Shown: positions 19,449 through 29,653, counted from the first letter of the stretch. The stretch is 64,000 nucleotides of DNA from Candidatus Latescibacterota bacterium (GCA_965207885.1 OZ242311.1:5504001-5568000), one strand, 5' to 3'. The notes: generated from the sequence alone by a model not told the origin. Numbers and translations are program-made.

Positions 19449-22400
19449 TTAGAATCTCGCTCTCAAACCAAAGTGAAACTCGCGAGGTGAATCCTGCTGG
19501 CGCAGATAATCACCCACATCGCCATAAGTGATATATTCGGGATTGTCCGGCAATGGCGTGTAAATCACACCCCATTCCACGTATTCAGCCCCCACTTCCA
19601 CCAGCTGATTATCCACGCGATAGCTGATGTGCGGGTCTTTCTGATTGAACAGATTAAAGGCTTCGAAGAAAGCCGTCACGCTCGCGCGCCTGTTAAATCT
19701 AAATGTCTTCTCAAAATTGATATCTGTGCGCGTGTGAATCGGGCCATTGTAGAACCCTTCGCCGCCTCTTCCCGGCGGTGAATAGAAAAACCTGCGCCCC
19801 GTGAACAGGCGATACACCGCATTCAGACGCAGATTTTCAAACGGATGGAAACCCACAAACCGCGGACCAAATTTTCCGGGCGACGAAAACATAAAGGTCA
19901 CCGTGCCGAAATTGGTTCGGTTCAAATTGGCGGGCCGAAACTCCTGAGACTGGTTGTTGCGCTGTAACCAGGTTGCGGCACCTTTGCCGTCCCAGTTGAT
20001 CAGGCTGTTTTCTTCATCCAGCGACCAGTTATTCACTCCTGTCCCCATTTCGAGTAGCTCAACCCGGTTGATCGCCTGGTTGCCAAAAGCCCGTGCCCGC
20101 TCAAAGCGCGTAATACCATCCATGGCTCGCGGGAACTCTTCGCCCGTATCGCTGCCATTGACGATACCGAGACCGGCAACACCATCGCCAACAAAATCGC
20201 CATCGCCATTGGAATCGTGTGTCCACTCATACCAGTAATGCGTCAAAAAGTTGCCATCGTTGTCGATATAGCCGGCATAATTGCCAAAGTTCGACGGATT
20301 CTTGGTCGCCAGTCTGTCTGGAGAAATATAGTGACTGCCGCGAACGCCCGAGTTGCCATTTTCGACCCACTGCACATTGTAGGCAATCGTGAACGCCGTC
20401 ATGTAGTTGAATTTCTTTTTGACCGACAACTCAAAGCCGCGCGTGTCCCGGTTATTCGTCTGACCCGATGCCCGCACGGTTCGGTTGTGCTGCAAACCCT
20501 GCTCCTGAATCCCGTAACCACCACCGCTGCGGCGGAAGACCTGTTGCTTGTAATACGCCGTCAAACCCGCCGTGTAATCCGTGATGAAGTTCCAGTCTGC
20601 ACCCACTTCAAAACTCGTGGTCACCAGCGGCTTGATCTTCGGCCAACCCCACTGCCCCGCATCCACAACATCCAGTGAGTTGTTTACCTCAGACGGGTCA
20701 ATCCGACCATTCTGGTTCAAATCCAGAAACTCCTCTTCGGTGCGGTAACTGTGAGAGAAGATCCACCAGAACTGCTCGATCTGTTCAAACTTGCCAAAGG
20801 TGAAGTGCATCGCACTGCTCTCCGTAATCGGATGGGATACACCCACGCGCGGCGAAAAGACCTGGATTGCTTGCGGGCGATAGGTCGGAATATTCTCGAC
20901 CTTTGTCGGATCGTGATATCTGTAAAACGGAATAAAATGTTCTGCCTGCGGCATCTCGGTATTCGGGCTCCAGCGCAAGCCGCGCAAGCCCACGTTCACC
21001 ACAATTCCTTCAAACTCCATTTTGTCCTGGAAATACACGGCATACTGGCGCGGCACTATGCCGACCTCGGGATTGTTAAACTGGCTGTAATACTGCTCAA
21101 CCAGGCCCCTGAAGTCGTTTTTGTTGCGAGAGAAACCCCAGTTGTCGTAGAACAAAAAGTCAATACCCGCTTTGATGAAGTGTCCCTTGGTCACCTGGCT
21201 CGAATAATCGACCTTGAGCTGATAGCGGTCGCGCTTTGAATTTGTCCAGTTCACCACCGGGCGGCCAACGTAATACCAGCCAGAGTCATTGCCAATGCCC
21301 GGCTCGACATAAGGCTGGTCTGTATTGAATGGCACTTCCGTATTCACTTCAGATGTGCGTGAATACGAGAACCGAATTTCGTAAAAGGTGCGCGCCGACA
21401 GCGTATGCGTCAAAGACGCGTAATTTAGAAAATCGCGCGTGCGCCGCTTGCCAGCCCCCGAGTATTCGGAAGGCACAAAGAGATTGCGACCGGAAGAGTT
21501 CATATTCTTGCGCGCACCCTGTTCAATGCGCCGAATAACGCCCGCATTGTACCGAGAACGCTGATTGAACAGAGAACCGTAGTTAAATTTGACGTTATTA
21601 CCCGGGCGATACGTCAGCTTGAAGTTCGTGCGGTTGTTGGGCAATGATACCGCCGTGGGTGCGGGAAAAGCCGACGGATTGCGATTTGCCGAAGACGTCA
21701 CCGTGAAGCCAATTCTTCTCATAATCGGACCGCCCAGCATTGCTTCGGCGCGGCCACCCCACACACCCGTGTAATCCTGACGCTCGTGAACCTTGCGCTG
21801 AACATCGTCGGCGGCAAACTGAGGATCCCTTATCTCTCCCGTCTGATTGTCGTGCCCCAATATCCCATCGGGACCGGGATACCACGCCTGCAAGTTTTCC
21901 CACTCGGGATTGCCCCACTGCATCCTGCCGCGATGCACGGGTGCTTCATACACATTTGCCCCCCAGTGCTTTTGTCCAGGCGGCGTAATGCGATATTCGC
22001 CCCTGCCCGTGTACCTCTGACCACCTTCTTTGGTCACCACGGAGACGACAGAACCCGCATTGCCATACTCCGCATTCATCCCACCAGTCAACACCGTCAG
22101 TTCCTGCACGGCACTCGTGTTCACGCCCTGAAAACGCGTAAATCCGGCGCGCGCATCGTTGTTCACCACGCGCACCCCATCGACCATATACGCCGTCTCC
22201 CAGAAGTTACCACCGCGAACACTCTCCGCCTCGTCGGGGGTCACGCCCGCCTGCAACTCCACAAAATCCGACATCTCGCGCACAATTGGCAAAGACTCGA
22301 TTTCTTCTGCCGTAATGACTGCTTTGCTCTCCGTTTTGTCGTGCTCCACTGGCGGACGCTCTGCAACGACGATCATCTCGTCCAATTCGAGCGTTTCCTC

Positions 22401-22724
22401 CCGCATCTGGAAGTTCACCGTCGTGGTATGGTCAACATTGACCACCACACCCTGGCGAATAGATTTTGTGTACCCCATCATCACCGTTTCAATATCATAG
22501 GTTCCCGGAGGAATATTGATGATGAAGTATTCGCCCTCCCCATCGGTGATCCCGGCGCGTTTCACGCCATCGATATCGATCACCACATTGGCACCGGGCA
22601 ACGGATCACCTGTAGCCTCAGTGACCCGCCCACTGATTTTACCCGTTGTGGCCGCTTCTGCCAATCCGGTACTGATCGCCAGCGCGACCAGCAGACCCAG
22701 ACAACACAATAATCGCTTACTCAT
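19449..22724 (-). CDS. TonB-dependent receptor with N-terminal carboxypeptidase-regulatory-like domain (start at ATG 22724)
   Basis: GKISGRVT...PLPGANV, plug VRGG...GGMNAEYG, C-terminal FNLFN...PREFHFGLRARF. Confidence 0.9.
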   Translation of the reverse strand: MSKRLLCCLGLLVALAISTGLAEAATTGKISGRVTEATGDPLPGANVVIDIDGVKRAGITDGEGEYFIINIPPGTYDIETVMMGYTKSIRQGVVVNVDHTTTVNFQMREETLELDEMIVVAERPPVEHDKTESKAVITAEEIESLPIVREMSDFVELQAGVTPDEAESVRGGNFWETAYMVDGVRVVNNDARAGFTRFQGVNTSAVQELTVLTGGMNAEYGNAGSVVSVVTKEGGQRYTGRGEYRITPPGQKHWGANVYEAPVHRGRMQWGNPEWENLQAWYPGPDGILGHDNQTGEIRDPQFAADDVQRKVHERQDYTGVWGGRAEAMLGGPIMRRIGFTVTSSANRNPSAFPAPTAVSLPNNRTNFKLTYRPGNNVKFNYGSLFNQRSRYNAGVIRRIEQGARKNMNSSGRNLFVPSEYSGAGKRRTRDFLNYASLTHTLSARTFYEIRFSYSRTSEVNTEVPFNTDQPYVEPGIGNDSGWYYVGRPVVNWTNSKRDRYQLKVDYSSQVTKGHFIKAGIDFLFYDNWGFSRNKNDFRGLVEQYYSQFNNPEVGIVPRQYAVYFQDKMEFEGIVVNVGLRGLRWSPNTEMPQAEHFIPFYRYHDPTKVENIPTYRPQAIQVFSPRVGVSHPITESSAMHFTFGKFEQIEQFWWIFSHSYRTEEEFLDLNQNGRIDPSEVNNSLDVVDAGQWGWPKIKPLVTTSFEVGADWNFITDYTAGLTAYYKQQVFRRSGGGYGIQEQGLQHNRTVRASGQTNNRDTRGFELSVKKKFNYMTAFTIAYNVQWVENGNSGVRGSHYISPDRLATKNPSNFGNYAGYIDNDGNFLTHYWYEWTHDSNGDGDFVGDGVAGLGIVNGSDTGEEFPRAMDGITRFERARAFGNQAINRVELLEMGTGVNNWSLDEENSLINWDGKGAATWLQRNNQSQEFRPANLNRTNFGTVTFMFSSPGKFGPRFVGFHPFENLRLNAVYRLFTGRRFFYSPPGRGGEGFYNGPIHTRTDINFEKTFRFNRRASVTAFFEAFNLFNQKDPHISYRVDNQLVEVGAEYVEWGVIYTPLPDNPEYITYGDVGDYLRQQDSPREFHFGLRARF

Positions 22725-22803
22725 GTACGACCCTCCATAAAAAATGGTGAGTGGGATCATCCAGTTCTCCACGCCCTCCCGTGTGAAAAACTGAATCTCT
22801 GTT

Positions 22804-23619
22804 TTACTCGAAATAATATTTAAAACTCACGCCAGCATCCACCGTACCTATCGGAAACGCCTTATTCATTCCCCAGGCAGTCAATGGATTGACCTCGCCA
22901 AAAACGAGATTGTAGCGCACGCGAAAATCAAGCCCATACGAAGACCCCAGCGATCCCTCAAAACCCGCACTCACGGGAATCGTCCACGCTGTGCGCGTAT
23001 CCTCTGTGGGTTCCTTCCCATACAATAACACCTGGCCATTGACAATCAGACCAATGCTTTTCTTTTGCGCTTCGGTCATAGCCGAAGCATCTAAGTCCGG
23101 ACTGCCGGGATACACCAGCAGAACTCGCACGCCGCCGCGATCCACCTCTTCTGGAATATTGGGATTGGTTGGGATAATCAAGCCGTGCTTCACCCTGTGG
23201 CTATAATCGTAAAACCCAAGGCCCAAACCCAGATAAGGCGACCACTTCCGGTCGGACATTGTCTCGGCATTTTCCCTGAAGAACCACAGCCAGTTTGAGG
23301 CCACGCTATTCCAGGTCATCTCCGAATCCGCATCGGGACTTGGAACTTGACGACCTCTATATTCAAACGTGCGCCCGGGAAGATTTGAATTTCGGAACTT
23401 CGAGTAGTGATACTCCACCTCTGTGGTCAAACGCGGAGAAACCACATAACTCACATTCAAACCGTACTTCAAATCACCAGCGTACCAACCGCTCAAAGAA
23501 GCCGTCGGCTGGTGATAGCTCAGCAATCCGCCAATAGCCCACAGGTCTGCATCGCGGGCATCAACGGAAGATACAGCAAATAAGAAAACCCCGGCATACA
23601 AAGCTAAAAATCTTTTCAA
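22804..23619 (-). CDS. Small outer-membrane beta-barrel protein (TTG start 23619)
   Basis: AGGAGG RBS before TTG; signal peptide; SPYLGLGLG; C-terminal VDAGVSFKYYF. Confidence 0.7.
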   Translation of the reverse strand: MKRFLALYAGVFLFAVSSVDARDADLWAIGGLLSYHQPTASLSGWYAGDLKYGLNVSYVVSPRLTTEVEYHYSKFRNSNLPGRTFEYRGRQVPSPDADSEMTWNSVASNWLWFFRENAETMSDRKWSPYLGLGLGFYDYSHRVKHGLIIPTNPNIPEEVDRGGVRVLLVYPGSPDLDASAMTEAQKKSIGLIVNGQVLLYGKEPTEDTRTAWTIPVSAGFEGSLGSSYGLDFRVRYNLVFGEVNPLTAWGMNKAFPIGTVDAGVSFKYYFE

Positions 23620-24019
23620 AAGTGCCTCCTTTGGTTTGGGGTGAGCAAAAAGAGAGGATAGTATAATGCCGAATAATCGGCAAGACAAGCGTTTTTTAAA
23701 GCACATGGCAAGCCCAATCAGGCTTCCGGAAAAGCATCCAAAACCGTGTTGAAAATCGAGAATCTTTTTGAGTTTTTTGTACGGAATTACATATATTTCA
23801 TTTTAAAACAATAATTTATGGAAATTACGAATTCCAAAAACTTATGAAATATAACACGAAAAATAAGAATTTCTAAAACATCATATTAAGGCGTAAGCAA
23901 ATAGAAATAAAAGAGTTAAAACAACCTTGTCAACGAAAAGTTTGTTAAAAATTGTAACAGGCCAGTCGTTTGGATTCATAGAACTCACTGGTCTTGAAAA
24001 AAATGACAACCAAAACCTT

Positions 24020-24082
24020 CTGGATCGCGGCTCAAAAGCATGCCGCGATGACGGACACGGGCGAGGCATGCCTCGCCCCTAC
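24020..24082. repeat. CTGGA-stem-TGAC REP copy adjacent to a GTAG REP
   Basis: CTGGATCGCGGCTCAAAAGCATGCCGCGATGAC (24020-24052); minus GTAGGGGCGAGGCATGCCTCGCCC (24059-24082). Confidence 0.75.
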
Positions 24083-24095
24083 ATTGATGGTAAGA

Positions 24096-25091
24096 TTAAC
24101 GCATTTTCAAAATCCGGTTGATCTCTGCTCCACTCATTTTCCTTTCAAAACGCGGACCGTATTTGGCGACAACGCGCGAGGAAACATAGGTTGCGAGCCT
24201 CGCAGCCTGAGCCGCATCGTAACCCCGGGTCACAGCAAACAAATACGCCCCGGCAAACGAGTCGCCCGCGCCATTGGTATCCACAGCATTGACCTCAAAA
24301 CCCGGCGCATGCAACACATCGCCACCGTCGCAAACCCGGGCGCCATCAGCACCATACGTCAGAGCCAAACCGCCCACGCGTTGTCGCAACGCGTCAAAAG
24401 CCTCATCCGTTGTCTCGGCACCCGTGAATATCATGCCCTCATCCTCATTGCAAAACAGCATATCCACGCCCGCATCGACCAATGCCGTCATCCTATCCTT
24501 AAAAGCGGCCACAATAGACGGATCGCTCAGGGTGAGCGCGACCTTTGTACCGCGCTCCTGCGCTATCTTTTGCGCTGCCTGTGCCGCTTCAAAGCCATCG
24601 TCTGCCGCAATTAGATAACCCTCGATATAAATAAATTGGCTATCGGCAATCACACCACCCTCAACCTGCGCCACACCAAACGTACTCGTAATCCCCAAAA
24701 ATGTATTCATCGTGCGATCTGCATCCTCCGTAATCATCACCAGACACTTGCCCGTAACCCCTTCCCCGCGATGTGAAGGATTACACGCCACCCCCGCGGT
24801 ATTGAGATCGCGAAGATAAAACGCGCCATCTGCATCCTCAGCCACCTTACATCCGTAATAGCCCCTCCCACCACAATTGGCCAGCGCGATCATCGTATTG
24901 GCTGCCGAACCGCCCGACGAACGCGCCATCTCCTTCCCGCCCAAAGCATTGATCAACGCGCGCTGGCGATCTCCGTCAATCAGCGTCATCACACCCTTGT
25001 CAATCTCCATCGCCTCAAAAAATGACGGATCAACCCGAAACTGGATATCCACCAGCGCATTGCCCAGCCCATATACATCGTATTGACGCAT
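24096..25091 (-). CDS. PfkB-family sugar/nucleoside (adenosine-like) kinase
   Basis: GNALVD, SGGSAANT, DTNGAGDSFAG. Confidence 0.9.
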   Translation of the reverse strand: MRQYDVYGLGNALVDIQFRVDPSFFEAMEIDKGVMTLIDGDRQRALINALGGKEMARSSGGSAANTMIALANCGGRGYYGCKVAEDADGAFYLRDLNTAGVACNPSHRGEGVTGKCLVMITEDADRTMNTFLGITSTFGVAQVEGGVIADSQFIYIEGYLIAADDGFEAAQAAQKIAQERGTKVALTLSDPSIVAAFKDRMTALVDAGVDMLFCNEDEGMIFTGAETTDEAFDALRQRVGGLALTYGADGARVCDGGDVLHAPGFEVNAVDTNGAGDSFAGAYLFAVTRGYDAAQAARLATYVSSRVVAKYGPRFERKMSGAEINRILKMR

Positions 25092-25190
25092 GACTTCTCC
25101 TCTCTCAATGTAATACCCACCTCAATCAAAAATTAAAATTAAAAACTGATATTACGCAATACTCAAGTACAGAGCGGCACAATTCACATT

Positions 25191-26498
25191 CTACGGATGC
25201 AACCTGTTGGGGGTGCGGGACAAAAAAGTCGTCTCGCGCACAGAGGGCAACCCGAGCATAACCATAAGCAAACGCGACAGACCAAAACCAAATCCCCCGT
25301 GTGGCGGACATCCATACTTAAAAAAATCGAGATAAAACTGGATAACCTCTAAATCCAGCCCTTTCTCTCTCGCTTGTGCCCTCAGAAAATCGGGACGGTG
25401 CTCACGCTGCGCGCCCGTGGTAATTTCCACACCGCGATAGAGCAGATCAAAGCTCCTGGTCAACGCAGGCTGTTCTGGGTGAAGCATGTGGTAAAATGGC
25501 CGCACAGATACCGGGTAGTCTATCACAAAGACATAATCGCAACCCCGGGTTTTGCGGATATATTCACCGAGCAGACGCTCGCCCTTTGGATCGAGGTCGC
25601 CTTCTCGATCTGGCGCGTGACCCTGTTCGTACAACACCGCCAATGCCTCGGCCATCGCGATCCGCGGAAAAGGCAGTACTGGCACCATGAGTTCAACATC
25701 GTAATTTTCCGCAATAGCGTCACCGTGTCTTTCGCTTACTGTGTAAATGACATGTTGCAGCCATGCTTCTTCAAATGCCATCACATCCTCGTGACTATCA
25801 ATCCATGCGATCTCAACATCCACACTGGTAAACTCCGTCGTATGGCGTGAAGTAAATGAAGGATCAGCGCGAAAAACGGGCGCAATCTCAAACACGCGAT
25901 CAAAACCAGACGCCATCGCCATCTGTTTGTAAAACTGAGGCGATTGCGCCAGATAAGCTGTGGAATTGAAATACGGCAACGCAAACAACTCCGCTCCCGA
26001 TTCACTGGCTGTACCCATCAGTTTGGGAGAATGTATCTCGATAAAATGATTCTGCATCCAGTACTCGCGCATCGCCCATTCAACAGTAGTTTGTATCTCA
26101 AAAATCAACCGATTGCGCGGAACGCGAAGATCGAGATGCCGCCAATCCAGCCGATGGTCAATACCCGATGCACTTTCGGAAAACGGATCCAAAGGCAACG
26201 GCGCTTCAGCTACATTGACAACACTCAGTTCCTCAAGCTGAATTTCAACACCACCCAGACGAACACCTATATTTTCGACAACACGTCCGCTTATAGTTAC
26301 CGCCGATTCTCGCGTAAGAGCAGAAACCCGCTCTGCCAACGCCCCTGTCTTTTCATGCACGACCTGTACACTTCCCGTGCGATTTCTCAAAATGAGAAAC
26401 TGGACATACTTCTGGTCGCGCAGGGTATGCACCCATCCGTGAAGGGTAACGGTTTGGCCGATATATTTGGAAAGTTCAGATATTGCGATGTATTTCAT
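25191..26498 (-). CDS. aspS: Archaeal-type, probably non-discriminating aspartyl-tRNA synthetase (start at ATG 26498)
   Basis: 435 aa with no GAD insert; LAQSPQFYKQ, FRAD..FTSRH..EF, GAQREH, PPHGGFGFGLSR; AAGGAG RBS. Confidence 0.88.
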   Translation of the reverse strand: MKYIAISELSKYIGQTVTLHGWVHTLRDQKYVQFLILRNRTGSVQVVHEKTGALAERVSALTRESAVTISGRVVENIGVRLGGVEIQLEELSVVNVAEAPLPLDPFSESASGIDHRLDWRHLDLRVPRNRLIFEIQTTVEWAMREYWMQNHFIEIHSPKLMGTASESGAELFALPYFNSTAYLAQSPQFYKQMAMASGFDRVFEIAPVFRADPSFTSRHTTEFTSVDVEIAWIDSHEDVMAFEEAWLQHVIYTVSERHGDAIAENYDVELMVPVLPFPRIAMAEALAVLYEQGHAPDREGDLDPKGERLLGEYIRKTRGCDYVFVIDYPVSVRPFYHMLHPEQPALTRSFDLLYRGVEITTGAQREHRPDFLRAQAREKGLDLEVIQFYLDFFKYGCPPHGGFGFGLSRLLMVMLGLPSVRETTFLSRTPNRLHP

Positions 26499-26525
26499 GA
26501 TAGACTCCTTTTGGTTTTCAGGCAC

Positions 26526-26561
26526 AAAAAAAGCCCGTTGTCGTATTTTTCGACAACGGGC
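26526..26561 (-). terminator. Attenuator terminator upstream of aspS
   Basis: GCCCGTTGTCG-AAAAATA-CGACAACGGGC-TTTTTTT, perfect 11-bp stem. Confidence 0.88.
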
Positions 26562-26591
26562 ACTTTACTCTACATGCTGGCACAAGACGAC

Positions 26592-26681
26592 CTATGCCGG
26601 TCCAGCCCGTCGCCGGATCGGATTATTATCGTCATTATTATTGCCAGAGAATTGAGCGATTTGGAAATAGTGTATATGCAT
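26592..26681 (-). CDS. Asn/Asp-rich attenuator leader peptide (29 aa)
   Basis: MHIHYFQIAQFSGNNNDDNNPIRRRAGPA*; contains antiterminator strand 26605-26615. Confidence 0.8.
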   Translation of the reverse strand: MHIHYFQIAQFSGNNNDDNNPIRRRAGPA

Positions 26682-26686
26682 GGTAT

Positions 26687-27424
26687 TTATCCAGTTTTTC
26701 TCCCGCCAAAAACAGCCAGTTCAAACAGCTTGAAATAACAATCTACATCTGAAAAACCAATAGCTCTGAGCCATTCGCATTGAGCTTCAACAGACGCGAG
26801 AATATTCGCCTGTTTGTCATCGCGATAATAATAAGCCCGCGCGATTTCATCGCGAGAAGCATTTGGATCTCGCCGCGTAACAGAATCGTAAAGCGCGTCA
26901 ATAAAGCGATCTGCAAAACGCGACTCAACCCACTTCGACGGAGAGCGAACATGCTCGACATTGACAAACACGCCATTGGGAGAAAGCAGATCAAAAATCT
27001 CGCCATAAACTTCGCGCTTGCGTTCATCGCTCTGATGATGAATTGAAAAACCCGATACAATCGCGTCATAAGGCGCGTCATCTGCAACCAGACTGAGCCA
27101 ATCGGACGTTGCATAATCGCCAATAACAAAACGGTGCTGTGAAGCCGTTTCCCCAAACCGCTTCTGCGCAGCCTCGATCATAGCCTCAGAAAAATCTACA
27201 AAAACGCCGCGTGCATCCGGGTGGTATTCAATAACCGCGGCGCCGAGTATGCCATCCCCACACCCCAGATCGAGCACAGTATTGACCCCGTGATCATCCG
27301 CATTAATCACCCGGCACATAACGGCAATCTGCTCATCGGACAGCGGAATTGCCTGCCGAATATTCTTGAGATATTTCTGCGCCAGATCTCGCGCCTGCCA
27401 GGCTGTATCTTTGCGTTTGCTCAT
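26687..27424 (-). CDS. Class I SAM-dependent methyltransferase
   Basis: VLDLGCGDG motif I, VDFSEAM, YDAIVSGFSIHH. Confidence 0.88.
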   Translation of the reverse strand: MSKRKDTAWQARDLAQKYLKNIRQAIPLSDEQIAVMCRVINADDHGVNTVLDLGCGDGILGAAVIEYHPDARGVFVDFSEAMIEAAQKRFGETASQHRFVIGDYATSDWLSLVADDAPYDAIVSGFSIHHQSDERKREVYGEIFDLLSPNGVFVNVEHVRSPSKWVESRFADRFIDALYDSVTRRDPNASRDEIARAYYYRDDKQANILASVEAQCEWLRAIGFSDVDCYFKLFELAVFGGRKTG

Positions 27425-27472
27425 AAAAATTCCATTTCTCAGCTTTTAGCGGTCAACGGTCAACAAAACCTT

Positions 27473-27505
27473 CTGGATCGCGGCTCAACACCATGCCGCG
27501 ATGAC
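27473..27505. repeat. CTGGA-stem-TGAC REP copy
   Basis: CTGGATCGCGGCTCAACACCATGCCGCGATGAC. Confidence 0.75.
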
Positions 27506-27551
27506 AACCTCCCTTCATACTTCACACTTCCTACTTCACACTTTCCCATAT

Positions 27552-29132
27552 TCAATACCCCACTGCCAGACCATCCTTGCGGGGATCGGAAGCCGCGCAA
27601 TAACCGTCGTCCAATTTATAAATGAGTTGACCTCCGCCATATCCAATAGCTGGTGGAATTTGGATATCGTGCCCGCGGGCGCGAAGATCGTCCAGCACAC
27701 CGGCATCCACACCTGGCTCAATACCCACGCTCAAACCGCCAAAAACCTGCCACCGGGGCGCATCACACGCAGCCTGTGGATTTTGACCATAAGCAAAAAT
27801 CCGAATCATCATCTGCGCGTGACCTTGCGGCTGCATGTGCCCACCCATAACGCCGAAAGACATCACCGGTTGGCCCTCTCGGGTCGCAAACGCTGGAATA
27901 ATCGTATGATACGGTCGCTTGCCCCCATCTACGCGATTGGGATGGTCCTCCGTCAAAACAAAACCCGCACCCCGGTTCTGCATACTAATACCCGTATCCG
28001 GAATCACAACACCAGATCCAAAACCCATATAATTGGACTGAATAAACGAAACCATCATCCCATCTGCATCTGCCGCCGTAAGATAAACCGTATCCCCACG
28101 CGGCATGCCAAAAGTGGGCATCCCTGCCCTTTTCAGATCAATCGACCTCGCGCGTTGCGCCAGATAATCCGGATCGAGCAATTGCGCGAACTCAATATCC
28201 CGCGTACCCGGATCAGACACGTACCTGTGCGTATCCGCATACGCCAACTTCATCGCCTCAATCTGAAGATGTAAACTATCCGCCGAATCAACAGCATACC
28301 CGGACAAATCCCAATTCTCCAGTATCCCCAGCGCAATCAGTGCCGCAATACCCTGACCATTCGGCGGAATTTCGTGCAGCGTATAACCCCCAAAATCCAT
28401 CGTCATTGTATCCACCCAATCTGTCCGATGCTCCGCCAGGTCTTCTTCTGTCATCGCACCGCCAGTGCGTTTTGCATGCGCAGCGATCTTCTCTGCCAAA
28501 TCTCCCGAATAGAACGCCTCTCCTCTTGTCTCCGCAATCCGTTCAAGCGTGCGCGCCTGCGCGCCACACACAAATTTCTCTCCAATTTTCGGCGCGCGTC
28601 CCCCGGGTGCAAAAGTCGCCATCCAATCGGGCATATCGCCGTAATTATACACAGCCTGTGCCCAGCTATGCCCGGTAATAGGCGAAACTACAAAACCATC
28701 GCGGGCATAGTGAATCGCGGGTTCAAACAACGCCTCAAACGGCAACACGCCAAACCGCTCTGAAACCTCGGCCCATGCCGAAACACAGCCAGGCACAGTC
28801 ACGGCATCCCAACCGCGCTGAGGCATCAGAGTGTGCGCTGCAAATAAATCGGGCGACCACGCTTTTGGGGAACGCCCCGATGCATTGAGACCGTGTATTT
28901 GCTCGCCATCCCACAAAATGCAAAACGCATCGCTACCTATACCATTCATATTGGGTTCAACAACCGTAAGCGCCATGGCTGTTGCCAGAGCTGCATCTGC
29001 GGCATTGCCACCTTTGAGCAACATCTGCAACCCCGCCTGAGCGGCCAGAGGTTGAGAAGTCGCAACCACATTGCGCGCCATAACCGGCATGCGTTGTGAA
29101 GAATACGGAAAAGACCAGGATAATTCGGGCAT
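27552..29132 (-). CDS. ggt: Gamma-glutamyltransferase family protein
   Basis: GGNAADAA, PPNGQG, GD-TVY nucleophile Thr, KRPYHTIIP, GVMGG.MQPQG, SDPRKDG. Confidence 0.9.
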   Translation of the reverse strand: MPELSWSFPYSSQRMPVMARNVVATSQPLAAQAGLQMLLKGGNAADAALATAMALTVVEPNMNGIGSDAFCILWDGEQIHGLNASGRSPKAWSPDLFAAHTLMPQRGWDAVTVPGCVSAWAEVSERFGVLPFEALFEPAIHYARDGFVVSPITGHSWAQAVYNYGDMPDWMATFAPGGRAPKIGEKFVCGAQARTLERIAETRGEAFYSGDLAEKIAAHAKRTGGAMTEEDLAEHRTDWVDTMTMDFGGYTLHEIPPNGQGIAALIALGILENWDLSGYAVDSADSLHLQIEAMKLAYADTHRYVSDPGTRDIEFAQLLDPDYLAQRARSIDLKRAGMPTFGMPRGDTVYLTAADADGMMVSFIQSNYMGFGSGVVIPDTGISMQNRGAGFVLTEDHPNRVDGGKRPYHTIIPAFATREGQPVMSFGVMGGHMQPQGHAQMMIRIFAYGQNPQAACDAPRWQVFGGLSVGIEPGVDAGVLDDLRARGHDIQIPPAIGYGGGQLIYKLDDGYCAASDPRKDGLAVGY

Positions 29133-29150
29133 AGATCTGCATCTCCTATA

Positions 29151-29612
29151 TCAATTCAAAGTGATTTCTTTTTTAACATCATTCATCAAATCATCGCTAT
29201 CAACAGGTGCGCGCAACGGCTCTGTAAAATTCAGCCGATACCCATTGGGATCTATCACAATAACCTCGCGCGCATTCCACGGGCGATCGTGCGGACCGGA
29301 AACCTGGACATTGCCATCGCGTCGCACCCGTTCCGCAATCGCATCAACCGACTCGCGCAACACTGTAAAATTGAGCGTAACGCCCGCACCCCTTATGGAT
29401 GCTATCAATGAGTTTGGTCCCTCCTCCATCAGAATCAAATCCGCATGAGGAGCCCAGCGCAAATGCGACATAATGGGATCGCCCTGGGCACCTGGCATCT
29501 GTGAAATTAGAGAAAAACCGAGCGTATCGCAATACCACCGCGTAGATATATTGAGATCGTGAACCATCAGAGTTGTATAGGACGGCATCTGGTAGTCGAA
29601 ATCGGATTCCAC
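29151..29612 (-). CDS. VOC/glyoxalase/bleomycin-resistance family protein
   Basis: LMVHDL..STRWY..TLGF, GPHDRPWNAREVIVIDPNGYRL. Confidence 0.85.
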   Translation of the reverse strand: MESDFDYQMPSYTTLMVHDLNISTRWYCDTLGFSLISQMPGAQGDPIMSHLRWAPHADLILMEEGPNSLIASIRGAGVTLNFTVLRESVDAIAERVRRDGNVQVSGPHDRPWNAREVIVIDPNGYRLNFTEPLRAPVDSDDLMNDVKKEITLN

Positions 29613-29653
29613 CTTGCATGTCCTTTCTCCCCAAAGGGGTAGTAACCACCAAC

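Noticed and set aside
25191-26498. Calling this gene asparaginyl-tRNA synthetase
   Set aside because: GAQREH and QSPQFYKQ motifs fit archaeal-type AspRS rather than AsnRS (typically GGSQRE and SGQL)
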